Assembly: GCF_000002075.1 (NCBI RefSeq)
Contig: NW_004797582.1
Coordinates: 340,169 to 394,215 of the forward strand
Direction of reading: 5' to 3'
From: Aplysia californica
Taxonomy: Eukaryota
DNA length: 54,047 nucleotides
This document shows, one piece after another, positions 1 to 12,869 of this stretch. How positions within the stretch are numbered: the first letter of the stretch is position 1; every line of letters begins with the position of its first letter. Made by a program: the position numbers and the translations under genes. The notes below the pieces were generated by a model. It was given only the letters and a program-made list of their open reading frames with translations, was not told the DNA's origin and did not search any database.

Positions 1-2433
1 CCTGTTCTTATCTGTCTCCACTTGCTCGTCTTTAACAATATTAAGAAGACGAAAGACCCCCGAGAGAGGCAACAGATGCTGAGAAGGTCAAATGACTAGA
101 GCTCTTCATGGCAACTTGGTCTGATGTAAAGTAGGTCAAAGAGAAAATTGTACCAATGGATTGGGCCCTTTACTTAAAAAAGGATTGATTTTGTTTTCTC
201 ACAAAATCTCTCATTTCTTTTCTAAAACAAAAAAAAAACAACAACAAAAAATTAAAAAAAAACAACCAAAAACAATCAAACAAAAATGTCTATTGGTAAC
301 GAACAGTGCCAATAAAGATTTTCATAACGTTCTTTTAACGGGATTTATATAGCATTCACACATTAGAAGCACATTAAGATTTGTTAAAAGATTTAAGCTC
401 AAGGATCGAACAAAACTAAGAGTGTTCACGCATTTGACGACGTTTTCTGAGTATGTTAGATAAATTATGAGTGAACTAGAGCTATCTTATTGAATACGTT
501 CAATGACTATTCACATTGTTCGATTTTTTTTTCTTTTTCTTTTACAGTGCAAGTAGTTCTATATTACCTTAGAAAATAGAACAGAAGAAATATGAAAAGA
601 TGACTTTCCTAGTTGTCTTAGAGGAAAATTTGTGTTGCATACAATACTGCTCTTCATCTACATGATATTAACACGGAATAGTACTTGTTATAAGCTAGTG
701 CCATAGTACATACCCAACAATTTCACAAACGCAATATTACTTATAGTGACAGCATAGTGCCCTTTTCCGGAGGCTAGATGGCTTACTCAATAATCGCAAT
801 TGTCTATAAGTACAAACGCTTTTATTAATATGAATATTCTTTTTTATTTTCGTGTGATGTATACAGCCTTGTTTGACCTAATTTGACTCACGTACTGGTG
901 TTATTTTTGTAGGGGGTATTGTACAATACAAATATTCACTGCACTTTGGCATTAGACGCGTAAGAACAAATTATGTCATGTTTATCTTTATTCATATAGG
1001 GGATCCTCGTGTGTTGAAACATTAGACGTGCTTATCCATACACCTTTGGGCATAAAACGTAGGCTGTCTGTGCACGCTCTGGGTGTTATTTTATACGTCA
1101 AGGCTGCAGGAAAATTTCCAAAACTGCTGCAGTTAATGCCCGATTGCTTAAAAATTCAGTTTCGTTTTGAAATAAATCCAATCTTCTCGACTTCAAAACC
1201 CAGATAATCGAGTTAGTACACCCAAGGAGTATCTGCAGAGACAGAAAATAAAACAAACCTTGTCATTGACAGTAGTCAAGCAGTAACATTGTATTTTGAA
1301 GTATTAACTCTGCTAGCTTACTTGATATCTTATTGGACTGAAATAGTAGGGGGTTGGAGGGCGCCACTGATAGAGGTAAATCCTACTTCTTTTCTTTCCC
1401 TTCTTTATTTTGGTCTTTCTGTTTTACTTCTTCCCTGCACTTTAAGACCGTTATTGTGTCGATGTGCTGTTCTTTACTTAAAAACAGAAAGAGGCATTCT
1501 TGAATGTAGGTTGTCTTGAGTGTTGTCAAGGTTGCATTTCCTTCTCTACCCCCTTTCGCAAAACCAGCCTCTTTTTGAGAGACCGTTGAGAACGGTCTCA
1601 GAATCCTAGGTCCCACCATTTAAACACACTAAGCTCAAATCGGGGTGGGGGGGGGGGGTCGAAAACAAAGGATGCATTTTCTACAAGAAGTGGAGGCCGC
1701 TGAAAGGCGTCAAAGTCTCTGTACAAAAAGGTGGCACCGCCAGGCCACTAATGCAAACACTGCCACCTTTTTTACGACGGTATGTGGAAATCATTGTTGT
1801 TACAAAACAAACGTTATTGCAATGCCATCGGTGTTCGTGTTGGCCGCCACATTAGCTCGAGGAATTGAGACAAATTGCTCAGTGCTTTGGTGAGCGCCCG
1901 TGGTCACAAGAGCCATCGATTGCGTGGGAGAGCGAAAGAGAACGTTTCCCTAGTTTTCTAAAACGCGCCACTTTCGAGGATAGTTTGTGGTGATGAGGTG
2001 CCAGGGGCATAAAAAGTTGATCCTTGCTTTTTTTCTCTCTCAGAACGTTGTTACTGCTTGACTACTGTCAATGACAAGGCTGGTTTTATTTTCTGTCTGT
2101 TTCACTGCCCAACTGCCAGAATGCCTGCGTATTTATCAACTTTATTTTTGACATTTGACCGTTAATTTGCCATGTTATAGCCAACTATTCTTCTGAATAT
2201 TTACTTTGTTCGCAATGTTGCTTCTACTTATTTAGCTAAATTACATCATACCAATTTCTGTCCTAATAGTATCTCATTCGATTTTGCACATAAGAGTGTT
2301 CCTCTTCAGGCGTCTCACTGTTGGAGGATATCTTTGTCTGAACGAAGTGCGTCCTCCGGCTTTTCTTTCCTTTCCTCTCTTGTCTCTGTGTCTCACTGTA
2401 TAATGATTGCTGCACCCCCCCCACCCCCTTCCT

Positions 2434-2436
<3 letters not shown>

Positions 2437-2514
<78 letters not shown>

Positions 2515-2593
2515 ATCTATCTGATCTCTCTATCTCTCTCTCGCTTTCGTTCTTTCTTTCTTTCTTTCCCTGCCCACCACTCTGTCTCCCTGC

Positions 2594-2648
<55 letters not shown>
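2437..2648. repeat. Compound microsatellite (CTGT)n/(CT)n
   Basis: Seen directly. It explains the low-complexity ORFs at 2334-2786. Confidence 0.97.
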
Positions 2649-2653
<5 letters not shown>

Positions 2654-2779
2654 CTCTTTTTTATGTGGTGTTCTCTGTTTTCTTCTAGGTATAAAAAGCA
2701 TCCTTCATGCATCTGTGTCAGTTGCGAAGGCAAGGATATACTTCAGTCATGTGGAGAACTTATCGTCTTCCTTTTCATT

Positions 2780-3345
2780 GTTATAGTGGCAAATATAGAG
2801 CCCTTTTGACTTCTGGAGAGGCGCCTCGCCGAGGATGTCTCTCGGGTGATATTAGTAGACAGCCGTACATTGTAGTATCCTTAAACTGATTGATGTGCAT
2901 TTTTGATAAATGATAGCGGTCGAAGGCTTGATGGACACATCAATAGACATGTAGAGATCTGGGTCAGTGCTGATTGAATTACTCTGTGAGCTTGTGGAGA
3001 ATGGAAATGTTTATGAGAATGTCTTGAATAAATGAGCAAGGAAAGGGTTAGTGGAGCGATCGTTTATTGGTGAAGAAATTAATATTGCTATCATAGCAAA
3101 GCGGGAGACGACTGGACGAAAGTAGTGGGGGAATGAGAATGGGGGAAGGCGAGAGAGCGCATGATTTAAAGAGATGGTTTATGGAGCAGTTATAATCTAT
3201 CATAATGTGTGTCTTTTTATGTTAATGTACTACATATAATGGTGATACTGACCCCTAATGTGATGTCACATTGCAGTTTGATTCTCAGGACTCCAGCACG
3301 GCCTTTCGAGGCTACAGAAAAATAGTCTATTTGGGTTACACACAT
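2780..3345 (-). mobile_element. Possible highly decayed I/Nimb-clade LINE relic (post-RT linker plus RNase H start)
   Basis: Minus-strand pieces TQIDYF...AGVLRIKLQCDI, FFTNKRS..NPFLA and LYMSIDVSIK...SISLRI...AVY appear in the order expected for TP.E.L..EAG.LPL.LR, K..T.P and IYTDGSK...RLP...SVY. Recognised by eye and heavily disrupted. Confidence 0.3.
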
Positions 3346-5659
3346 TTCCTGTGGAATATCATTTGTCATTGGGGATTTCAAATCAATTAATTGTTTAAAA
3401 AGCAAATAATATTCTGTTGTTATGGAAACGGAGGCTACATTGGATTTGTTTACCAATTTCGGTCACGCTTTATTTACAATTATTTTTAAAAAAATAATTT
3501 GTTCAAATTTTGGTAAGTACGCTAGAAAAGTACAGGTCTATAAATTGGCTACAATAAAGAGGTAGTTTCGGTAAATATTCTTTAGTTTTCATTTTAGGAC
3601 ACTTAAAATTCAGTTATCGCATAACTGTTACCCCCCCCCCCCCCCCTACGTCACAGTCGTACATATTAAGTTCTCTGGGGTCATTTATCCTGATCTATTA
3701 TTGAATGCAATCGAACATTCCTCTGGACAATTTTTTTTTATCTCGGTGTTGTTAACATCAAGTGAAACTGACATTAGAATCGAATAAGAAACAGAGCTGA
3801 AAAGGGGGTGATGTGTGGAAAAGAAACAGTTTGAGAAATCAGCCCTTAAATGTTTTGAAAAAGGCCGAAAAAGTGTTCTTTCGTGTAAAAACCCGCAAAG
3901 CATACTTTTAAACTAAAACGTGGTAACAGCTTGATAAAATAAACTCAACAGAAATAGAATGGGAGCTTCCCATACGTACCAATAAGTTTAAAGGTGCTAA
4001 CATACCTTATTGGCGGAAAAACTGTCAATTATTTCCTTTCAAAAGAAAGGTGTCTACACTCTTCTTTAACATCTCCTCAAACACCTCTTAAGGGTACAGA
4101 AACGCTGGAATACTTTTTGTACATTGTTCAGGAAATGTCCAGGAATTTATATAATATATAAAATAAACCCAAATTTGCATAAGTTGACGCCAAAACGTCA
4201 TTTGATTTTTATATTGTCTTTCTCCTCCCTCAACCGCCGCCCTTCCCCCCTGGACTATTCTTCTTTTTTTCACAACTCACATTGGGTATGATGTGAAAAA
4301 GTGAATTTATAGAAGGGGATTTAAAAGTATTCTTGATTAATTAAAAGATATTTTTTCCAAATGTCCGCATGTATTTGCCGAATTTATAACACAAACAATG
4401 GGTGAATATGTGAAATCAATTTAAGAGATATTCAGGTAAGAATAAGTCGACTTTGTGCGCATAACGAAACAGTAGGTCGATTTCCAAAGTTTATGAACTC
4501 TCGCAATTTAACCTTGTTAAAATTATACCCACACTGAGATTTGCAACAAACATCTTCAGTAAAATAACCTAAAATCATAGTTATGAAAAATATACTTTAT
4601 CACTAGTTGTGAAAAAAAGAGAGCTGACCCGAGATGTCAAAACACAATCCCTTGTGTTTCGAGATGTAAAGACGTTTCCCATTACTTCTTTTCCGTTCTC
4701 CCCNNNNNNNNNNNNNNNNNNNNNNNNNNNNNNNNNNNNNNNNNNNNNNNNNNNNNNNNNNNNNNNNNNNNNNNNNNNNNNNNNNNNNNNNNNNNNNNNN
4801 NNNNNNNNNNNNNNNNNNNNNNNNNNNNNNNNNNNNNNNNNNNNNNNNNNNNNNNNNNNNNNNNNNNNNNNNNNNNNNNNNNNNNNNNNNTACACACATA
4901 CACGCAAGTTTAATTCGTTTTCGTCGAATATCTTTTTACGATACTTGGAACAAAAATTTTTGATAAGTAATAACTACAATTTTGTCTTAGCAAGACTTTC
5001 GACTCGGAAATAATTGAACCATCTGCAGGCACCTTAAACGATCGTGAGCTCTAGACACTAGGAAACGTATTTTCTTTATCCGAGAATGTGTACCGCACCA
5101 AGTTCTTCTCCCCTACGTCTACTATTCACAACTTCCGGTGCGCCAAGGACGAGAAATAAACCCCAGACGGATCAATGAACTGAGGCAATTGCGTGTTGGG
5201 AGAGCGGAACATTTGCTGCAACCGTTTCACTTATCCCAGTCTTTATGGCTGGCACTTGGTCCCTACACCATTCAATAGTTTTAATTACCGTGATAGAGAG
5301 AAGGACTGGGTAGAAGTGACTTATTTGTGGTGGGAGTCGAAAGGACGAGTGTTGGACCAAGTTGAGACTTCACATAACGCAGAGAATTCCCCCAGATAAC
5401 ATTTTGAACAACTTCATATAATTATACTATAGTACTCTTTGACACGACCATTGCCACACCAGCATCTGTTCGACATTTGTGGTTTGTTAAATGTACACTT
5501 GTTGTAAAGTGAATTCTTAGACCTAAATCAAACAAGACATATTTTCTTCATTAATAGTTGTTTTGGAAAAACATAATTGAGATAATCATATTCGCAAATT
5601 GGGACGGTGGAAGCCGAAGTGGAAAAAATATTCTCAGCGAGGAACATTATGTCAAAACT

Positions 5660-5830
5660 ATTACTGATCGGGTGGCCCTAGTTCGAATCCCTTACTAGGC
5701 GTTCTTGAACTCAAGTCGTTTTGTGGAGTTTCCAAGGCTCCCAACCCATCTGGCTCAGTCCTATCAGAGGCAGATGGTTAATTCAGAGGTTCTGCCTCTT
5801 AAATCACCTAACAGTGTTGATAGGGTAACA
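5660..5830 (+). mobile_element. Degenerate tRNA-derived SINE
   Basis: B box GTTCGAATCCC at 5681-5691. The 3' segment 5760-5826 (TCTGCCTCTTAAATCACCTAACAGTGTTGATAGGG) matches the reverse complement of 23206-23275. The 5' boundary is approximate. Confidence 0.6.
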
Positions 5831-5892
5831 AAACTCATACAATTTTTTCACTATTATATTCAAGTATTTGAGGCGAGATTACACCTCATACG

Positions 5893-6044
5893 CCTTATAT
5901 GGGTGCCCACTATCCATGGGATCGGCCGATCGGGCCCATCGCCCGACTCAATCGTCTCAAAAACAAACGTGTTTGTTTTCAGTTTCAGGCAACCGAGTCG
6001 GGCGATCGGCCCCATCCAGCCGTAGAGGGCACACCGTATTAAGG
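5893..6044. mobile_element. ~150-bp imperfect palindrome (MITE-like foldback element)
   Basis: Nested inverted arms: CCTTATATGGGTGCCCACTA / TAGAGGGCACACCGTATTAAGG, a perfect 12 bp ATCGCCCGACTC / GAGTCGGGCGAT, and a central AAAACAAAC-GT-GTTTGTTTT. Confidence 0.65.
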
Positions 6045-7326
6045 TTTAAAAAAAACAAAAAACCCACCGATCAGTAAAACACCAAAACGATTCATTTGTC
6101 TGATAGGCATTTACTTTTAGTGTCAAGTTCACTCTTTAAAATAATCTGCAAATGTTGATTATGAAAATGTGTTAAGCATCAATTTTGAAAAGTCGATTTA
6201 TCTTAAATGTGTGTAGTACTAGTAGTAGCAGAGATGAATATCACAGTTCTACTGTGCGATTCTTTTAGCACTCTACCTTCACGGCCCATCTGCATTGGTA
6301 TTTTACAGACGCGATGGGGTGAAACCAAATGAGAGGAAAGAGGGAAAACGAGATTCATGCATATTTCATGATATTATGGTGGGACCATACGGGCACAGGT
6401 TTTTTTTCATTCTCTTAATAACTCATAGAGCACGCAAAGTTATGAGTCACTCACTTCCGTATAGTTTGATGAATGTCAATGATAACACCGCTCCTCGAAC
6501 TCTCAATAAAACATGACTAGTGATGGCCACATTTCAGAATGAACCCGAGACATTTATGCTGATCAGAAGCATTTTTTTTTTACAAACTATGACTACTTTG
6601 TTATTTTATCCTTAAGTTTCATACACTTTAGAGAACGCAAGATTCCTCTGTGTATTTTGTGTCGGCTTTGAGAGTTTCTGTGCCCTTATGTACTTAATGG
6701 CAAGCATATTATGTAGTCGTGTCCTACAATATCACTCCTTTGCGTTCCTACGCTCTCCTCTTGAATATTGTTATTATTGGGGGTTTTCTTCTTCTTCTTC
6801 TCATTTCTTAATTTCGTGCACAATTACTAGGGTACTTATCACCATAACTGTCTGGGCTAGGGTTAAAAAACAACAACAAAACAAACTAGCTTTACTGCAG
6901 CTTAAAAACACCATAGTTCAATCGATTGTGCTCGTCACCTGGGCAATCATATCGGAAATGAAACATTCTCCTCTTATCTGTTAACTTAAACTTCACATTA
7001 ACACCTGCGGTGTCATGAAATAGAGGTCATTACAAGCTGAACAGGACATTATAATGTGCAAATTACTTGATAAGATATACAATCTAGAGGGTGTCTCAAA
7101 GAAAATGGACATCCATTTGAATATCTGATCGTGCCTCTCACTAAGTTGATTAGAATTGCCATTCATATTTAATGTCCAGGGAAAGATTAATTGGACACCC
7201 AAAAGATTATACACGTTTATTTTCAATTACTTAGACACCATGTGGAAGCTGTGTCTTATTATCGAGTGACAAAAGGGGCAAAGATAGCGATTCAAGGCAT
7301 TGTAAGACATTCAGTTTACTTTAATC

Positions 7327-7537
7327 GGAATACAAACAAACGAACACTGTATTGTCTAGCAGTATGATGCCATATTGGCGATTGGTATTTCTCTTCAACT
7401 GTCATATAATTGCTCCGAGACAAGAGTGGCTGGAATACAAACGAATGCTCATTGCTTTGACTAGCAACACTATGCTGTATGGGTTATTGTTATTTCTCTG
7501 TAAATGTTGTGGTATCGCTCGGAGACAAGAGTAGCTC
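7327..7537. repeat. Old, diverged tandem duplication with ~105-bp period
   Basis: Collinear anchors GGAATACAAAC (7327 and 7432), CTAGCA, TATTTCTC and GAGACAAGAGTRGCT occur in both copies. Confidence 0.8.
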
Positions 7538-9665
7538 GCTTACTTTACGGACACGGTCCAGTGGTCATGAATCCAGCAGTCATGAAACGATCGCGCTTTT
7601 CCACAGTGTTTTAAACGCCGTAGCCTGGCAAGATGACAATATTCACGTGTCTGTAATAGCCGTACAGCCCAGCTCTGAATACGGTCTTTGTTACAGCTGT
7701 CACTCACTTTGCTTTTGTTTCGCATCACAAGATTTTGATCGGTGCGTCCGGTCTTTGTTCTTCTGTCCAGGTAATTTCGCATAGAATGTGTCAGGGATAG
7801 TGCTCGAAGTTCTCACGAAACCACTTCTAACAAAAGGACCCCCGCACAGCAAGTAAAAGGACGGTGTCAGAAGGTGCAGCCAGTTCATCTGAAAAGTGAC
7901 AATCATCTTCTCATCACCATGATCACCGAAGGGAAACTAAATCAGATTTAAGAGACGGTAGATTACAATAATGACTACCACATACATCAACCCCCCTCCA
8001 CCACCTACCCCCCCCCCCCCCCAGAAAACAAGAAAAAGAAAAACACAACACAACAGATTTAGATACAGGGCAGTTGGATTAAATTATACCAATAGTTTCA
8101 GAAGAATAGCTGTATTCGATTTTCTAATTTAGTGATGAAGACGGAATCTACCCTTATACCAGCTACCTTTTTTTTTTAATTTCACCTTGTCAGCCCAAAG
8201 TGACGACTGGGTGCAGGTGGATGAAAAGCTCTTTGTACCTGGTTTTTCTCATCGGCTGCCTTTCACTGTAAGGCGGCGTAAACGCTACACAATGTAGGGC
8301 CAACGCCAACCGACAATAAAAACAATAAAGGGCAATAATATATTGCACTTCAAAACCATGTGGCAGGAACAACTCAGTGTAACCAATAACGACGTCGGGC
8401 GGACTTCGTCGAACTGGCATTAAAGAGCGATTTATTTAGCAATACGTATTCCGCCAATCGTCATTTGCCTGGTGGTGTTAACCATAGCTATACTTTGACG
8501 TGGCTTTACCTATAAGTATGCCTGCTGTCTGGCTGCGTAGCAATGTTTTGCCTTTCGTTCACTTGCTCACGGGTTCATGACCTTAAGGCAATTTTAACAG
8601 AGCTTGGATACTGAAACTCGGGGATTTGGGTATCTTGGCTGAAGAAGGGAGTTGAGGAATCAAGATTGCACAAATGCAATCAAATATGTACTTGCCAAAT
8701 CCTACCAAAATAGAGGTACGTTAGCATGTACGCACTCAATGAGAAATGATTTATATAGGAAAATCTCAGAACAAAATTCCGAGTTACACGGCCAGTTGTT
8801 TTCAAATCAATGTGCCTCCAGACTGGCTGCAACGTGTCTGTTTTGCAGCTGAACGATCTGTGAAAGTTAGTATAGGTAATATGTCTTTCCCAACAAACTT
8901 GACTCATCAGCATTGGGGTCTCCATGACAGGCATGATAGAAAGGAATACAAAATACTGTTTACTGTTTTTCGATGCATATCACTTAACAACCATAATCAA
9001 TTCTTTTGTGTAGTGACAAGCATAACAGAGCAATCCATAACATTTTTCCATTGTTTCAAATCTATGAGCCATTTCACATCCTCACCTTTCCTTTGTGAAC
9101 TCCAGCTGAGCTCGGTTCACTAACCGAAAGCACATGTCCTTGTATATCACCTTTTGAAACAATGATTATTACATGACAGGGGAAAATTATCGCCTCAGCG
9201 GTAAGCATGGGGCGAGGTAAAAAGATAAACGGGCTGAGCATATTATTGATGTGAGTGGAAAACTAAACCTGAAGAGCGCAACGGTACTGACGGGATTTCG
9301 GAAACAGAATTGTTAAGCGCGAGTGGCGCCAGATTGGGGAAACATTCACCCCCAATGGACGCATGTGCTGATTTTGCAGACGTTAAACGGGTTTATGAAA
9401 AAAAAAAGAAAACGAAGTAAGTCTTGAGTGAGTAGAAACGTTCCTGACCAGAGGCTGAACAACAGTCGAGGCATTTTGACAAACAGAATCAAGAAAGAAT
9501 ATATTTCTATTTATACACAGTGTCAGCGACATTCCGTTGATATTAATTTCAACCAGGACGTGATCGTGCGCAAATATAATTGTAAAAAACACCACTAGGA
9601 AATTTGTAAAGGGTTACATTGACACATTCAGCAGTTCTTTCGTGACATGGCATAGCGCCACTTCT

Positions 9666-10182
9666 TTTTTTTTTTCCTTTTTTGAAAAATATTTTACGGC
9701 GCTCACAACTGCATAAGGTCATATGAGCGCGCAGGCCACTTTAAACATTTTCAGTTGGTAGGAAATTTTGAATTTTGCCCGGGTGGCGGCGATTTTAGAC
9801 CACCAAGGGATCTTTAACGTGCCCAACCTGCACACGGGACCTCCGCGATTTTTCGCCTCTGTCCGAGAAGGCTAGGTGTAGATCTTTCCTACCAGAAGAT
9901 CAGGGGCGTGGCTGAAAAACAGCAGTAAGAAGGAGCCAAGGAGTAGCAGTAGAAAGGCTGCAGAAAGAGTGAGGAGCCCAGAGGAAGGGGCAAAGTAGAT
10001 GAGGGGTGGGCCCAGAAAGTGGAGACGAACGCAGACGACAGAACGTTGCTAGAGAGAAAGAAAAGAGGTGAAAGGAGACAATTTAAGAGAAGAAAGTTTT
10101 CGGTCGCAACCCGGATTCGAACCCGTGACCTTTGAATGACAGGCGAACACCTTAACCTCTAGGCCACTAACTAGAGCACCGA
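9666..10182 (-). mobile_element. Full-length tRNA-derived SINE with Deu/Nin-like central domain, LINE-like 3' stem-loop and poly(A) tail
   Basis: 10-bp TSD CGCCACTTCT at 9656-9665 and 10183-10192. On the minus strand: A box TGGCCTAGAGG, B box GGTTCGAATCC, central CCTTCTCGGACAGAGGCG...GAGGTCCCGTGT...GCACGTTAAAGATCCC resembling the Deu/Nin domain (from memory), 3' stem GCGCTCA/TGAGCGC (9699-9730) and an A-rich tail. Confidence 0.88.
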
Positions 10183-12869
10183 CGCCACTTCTAACAAGAG
10201 GTAGCATACTTGTTATATAGAAGTATCAAAACTTTATAGGAAAATGTAGGAGACACTTGACATTATAGTCACCTAAAATGCCTTATAAAGGTTGCTGTCA
10301 TTACACCAAAGGATTACAAAGTACATCTTTCTTCAAACGGAAATGTTTACAGCATTATGAGGAGTTGTTGCATTTGTTCATTACAATTTTAATGTTTACT
10401 AAAGAACAAAAATTTATCCACATCAAGTAACGTAGAGTTTGCATTTCGTCGGTTGAGAGCTAGATCCTAGGTGACCATATCCAGATTCCCTATTTTGTGA
10501 AAAATAAAGAACTTTTAATGACAAAGAGGCGCTTGGACATAAACACATTAGGAATTATGGCTGTGGCAAAACTACTGGGCGGGTGGTTTGATATTTGCAG
10601 ACCTAATGGAATGTCATTTGAATGCTTCTATTTTGCTATTTTTGGCACTTTGGCTAAATTGGACACAATCGCTTCTGCATCTCAGCCAACGATTTACAGA
10701 AACTAAATAAGGTACACACAGACATACAAATTCATAGGTAAACATATTTACGAATATAAAGACAATCATGCAGACGACAATCTAAAAAAGCAAACAAGTC
10801 GACGTTTTGGCGGCCTCAAATAGCAAATCGATCATTTCAAAGTAGCAGATGATGTGTGTCGTGGTTATTGCAGTAATGCGTATTGTGTAAATTTATAGTA
10901 TATAGCTGAGTGTTCTGCTGCTTACGTAAGCTGCTATTCCTGTTTGTTTGAGAAGATTTCTACCAGACACACTGCTATAACAAGGCTCGTAGCTAGTATC
11001 TTCCCTGTAAATTGTAATTAAAAGTCCTCTTTTTATCTTCCCCTCGTCAATTAACGTCGAAGTGAAGTTGTCTAATGGCTCTGTTCTTGGAATCAAAGAT
11101 GATTTTTATTCTGCATGCCTATGAACACGGACTGGGTTTTGTCGTACTGATAGCTTCGCCGACTTTCACTCTGGCACTCACACAGACTATCTATTACAGA
11201 TGCTCTCACCGAAGCTAAACTAAATCCTACACCCCAAGTTACGCTCTATATCGTGGGGGTATCTTTTAAATAGATACCGAGCGCTATATGTCGGTTTTAT
11301 TGACAGTAAAAGGCGGACGTGGTGGGTAAGTTTCACGCCTTGGGGCTAAAACTGTTCTTTGATCCACATGGATAGCCATTTTCACTTCGTCAGCTGGGTC
11401 TTTAATGACTAAAACAGTTTTCTAATAATGACTATAATAATCGCGAGACATCGTATTGCAGCACGCACAGAAGACGTTAGCTTTAATCGCGACGGTTTAA
11501 GAAGGGGGAATCAGCAGGATCTCAACTAAACTGATGCACGATATCAACAGCACTGTTGAAAAGAGCATTTTCACGTTTGCTGCGTCGTTTTTACTATCAT
11601 CAGCACGGCGTGCGTTCTTGACTCCATGTCTGATTGAGCTATGTCCTCGAGGCTTATTGCTTGTGAGCATTTCTGATGGGCGTTGGGAAAAATTACTCTG
11701 GCGGCATCACGAGATGCACTCGTGCCACAACACCAGTGTTTCACCTGTAACGACAACGTCTGGCTTTGTAATAAGCTTAAAACTTATATTTGTCTCGCCA
11801 TTCATCCTTGCCCTTTTTCTCTGATTTACTGCTCTAGGGCTTTCTTCGTGCAGGTGCGTGGGTGAGCATCGGGAACTCCCGCTATGCGCAGTTTCTGCTT
11901 GGGTTTTTTTTTAGATTCTGTTTTTCTATAAACGAAATGGTACGGTATTGCCCTTTCAATTACAGAGTCTAATACTTTAACATTTTTAGAGACCCGGGAA
12001 CATAAAAGACTCAAACTTGTCAGAATAAGAATCCCCCGGCCTGGAAGATGAAAAAACATTTCTAAAGTTCACTAATTTTATTGTGATGTCTTTTCTTGCA
12101 ATCGTGGAGGCCAAACTTTCTCCATGAGCATGGTTGAATACGGTTTCATCATTCTACTCTTTTAAAATTTCGTTTTCTTTTGGTTTGGTTTGATTCATGG
12201 TTTTGGAGTTTTTAATCTTCTTTTTTTCAGAGGGGTGGGTGTTGTACAAAGCGCTTTTTTGCTCTTTCCGTGACACGCACGTCACCCTACGGTTAGTTTT
12301 CAGGGGCGCGTAAGATGCTGGCATTATTCATTGCCTGTTTTCTCGTGAGGCAAACATTAACAATTCCCAAGGGGGATCTGCCTTACTGTCTCTGTATTAC
12401 TTGACAAGTCATTAATGGTATATTGGCGTTAACTTTCCTCTACCCTCCAGGGTGAGGGAGTTCCCTCTGATTGCGTAACCGCGCCGTGATTTGAGCGACA
12501 GGCCAGCAGGGACGATAAACGCTTACTCAACCTTTTCATTACTGTGTAGACGTATACAAAGCTGGTTCTCTGCCATTTTTTCTGTTATTTCATATCGGAC
12601 GTTCGGTAAAACATATTTGCAACTAGCTTTGCGTATTCTTAATAAGTGAAAATAATGATGATTGTAGCTTTGTTTAAACCTCTCAGGGGTGAATATTTTA
12701 CCTTGTCTGTAAAAAGTTAGATGAAACAACTCCAGTACTGAACAGTTTAAGGAAATAGTAAACCTGCCTTGTTTTTCTCGCCCTATATGTCGTTTGCCGA
12801 GCAACAGATAGACAGTAATATTGTTGTTTGAAGTCGTGCTCGTGTATTTTTTTGGCTCATGTATTCATT

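Noticed and set aside
8341-8360. miR-92-like TATTGCACT
   Set aside because: Only the seed region matches and no hairpin precursor is seen.
8880-8912. Hammerhead ribozyme core on the minus strand (CTGATGA...GAAA)
   Set aside because: The stem II closing pair would be G-G, and no convincing stems I and III were found.
10100-10180. Functional tRNA-Asp gene
   Set aside because: The acceptor and anticodon stems do not pair, and it is the head of a TSD-flanked SINE.
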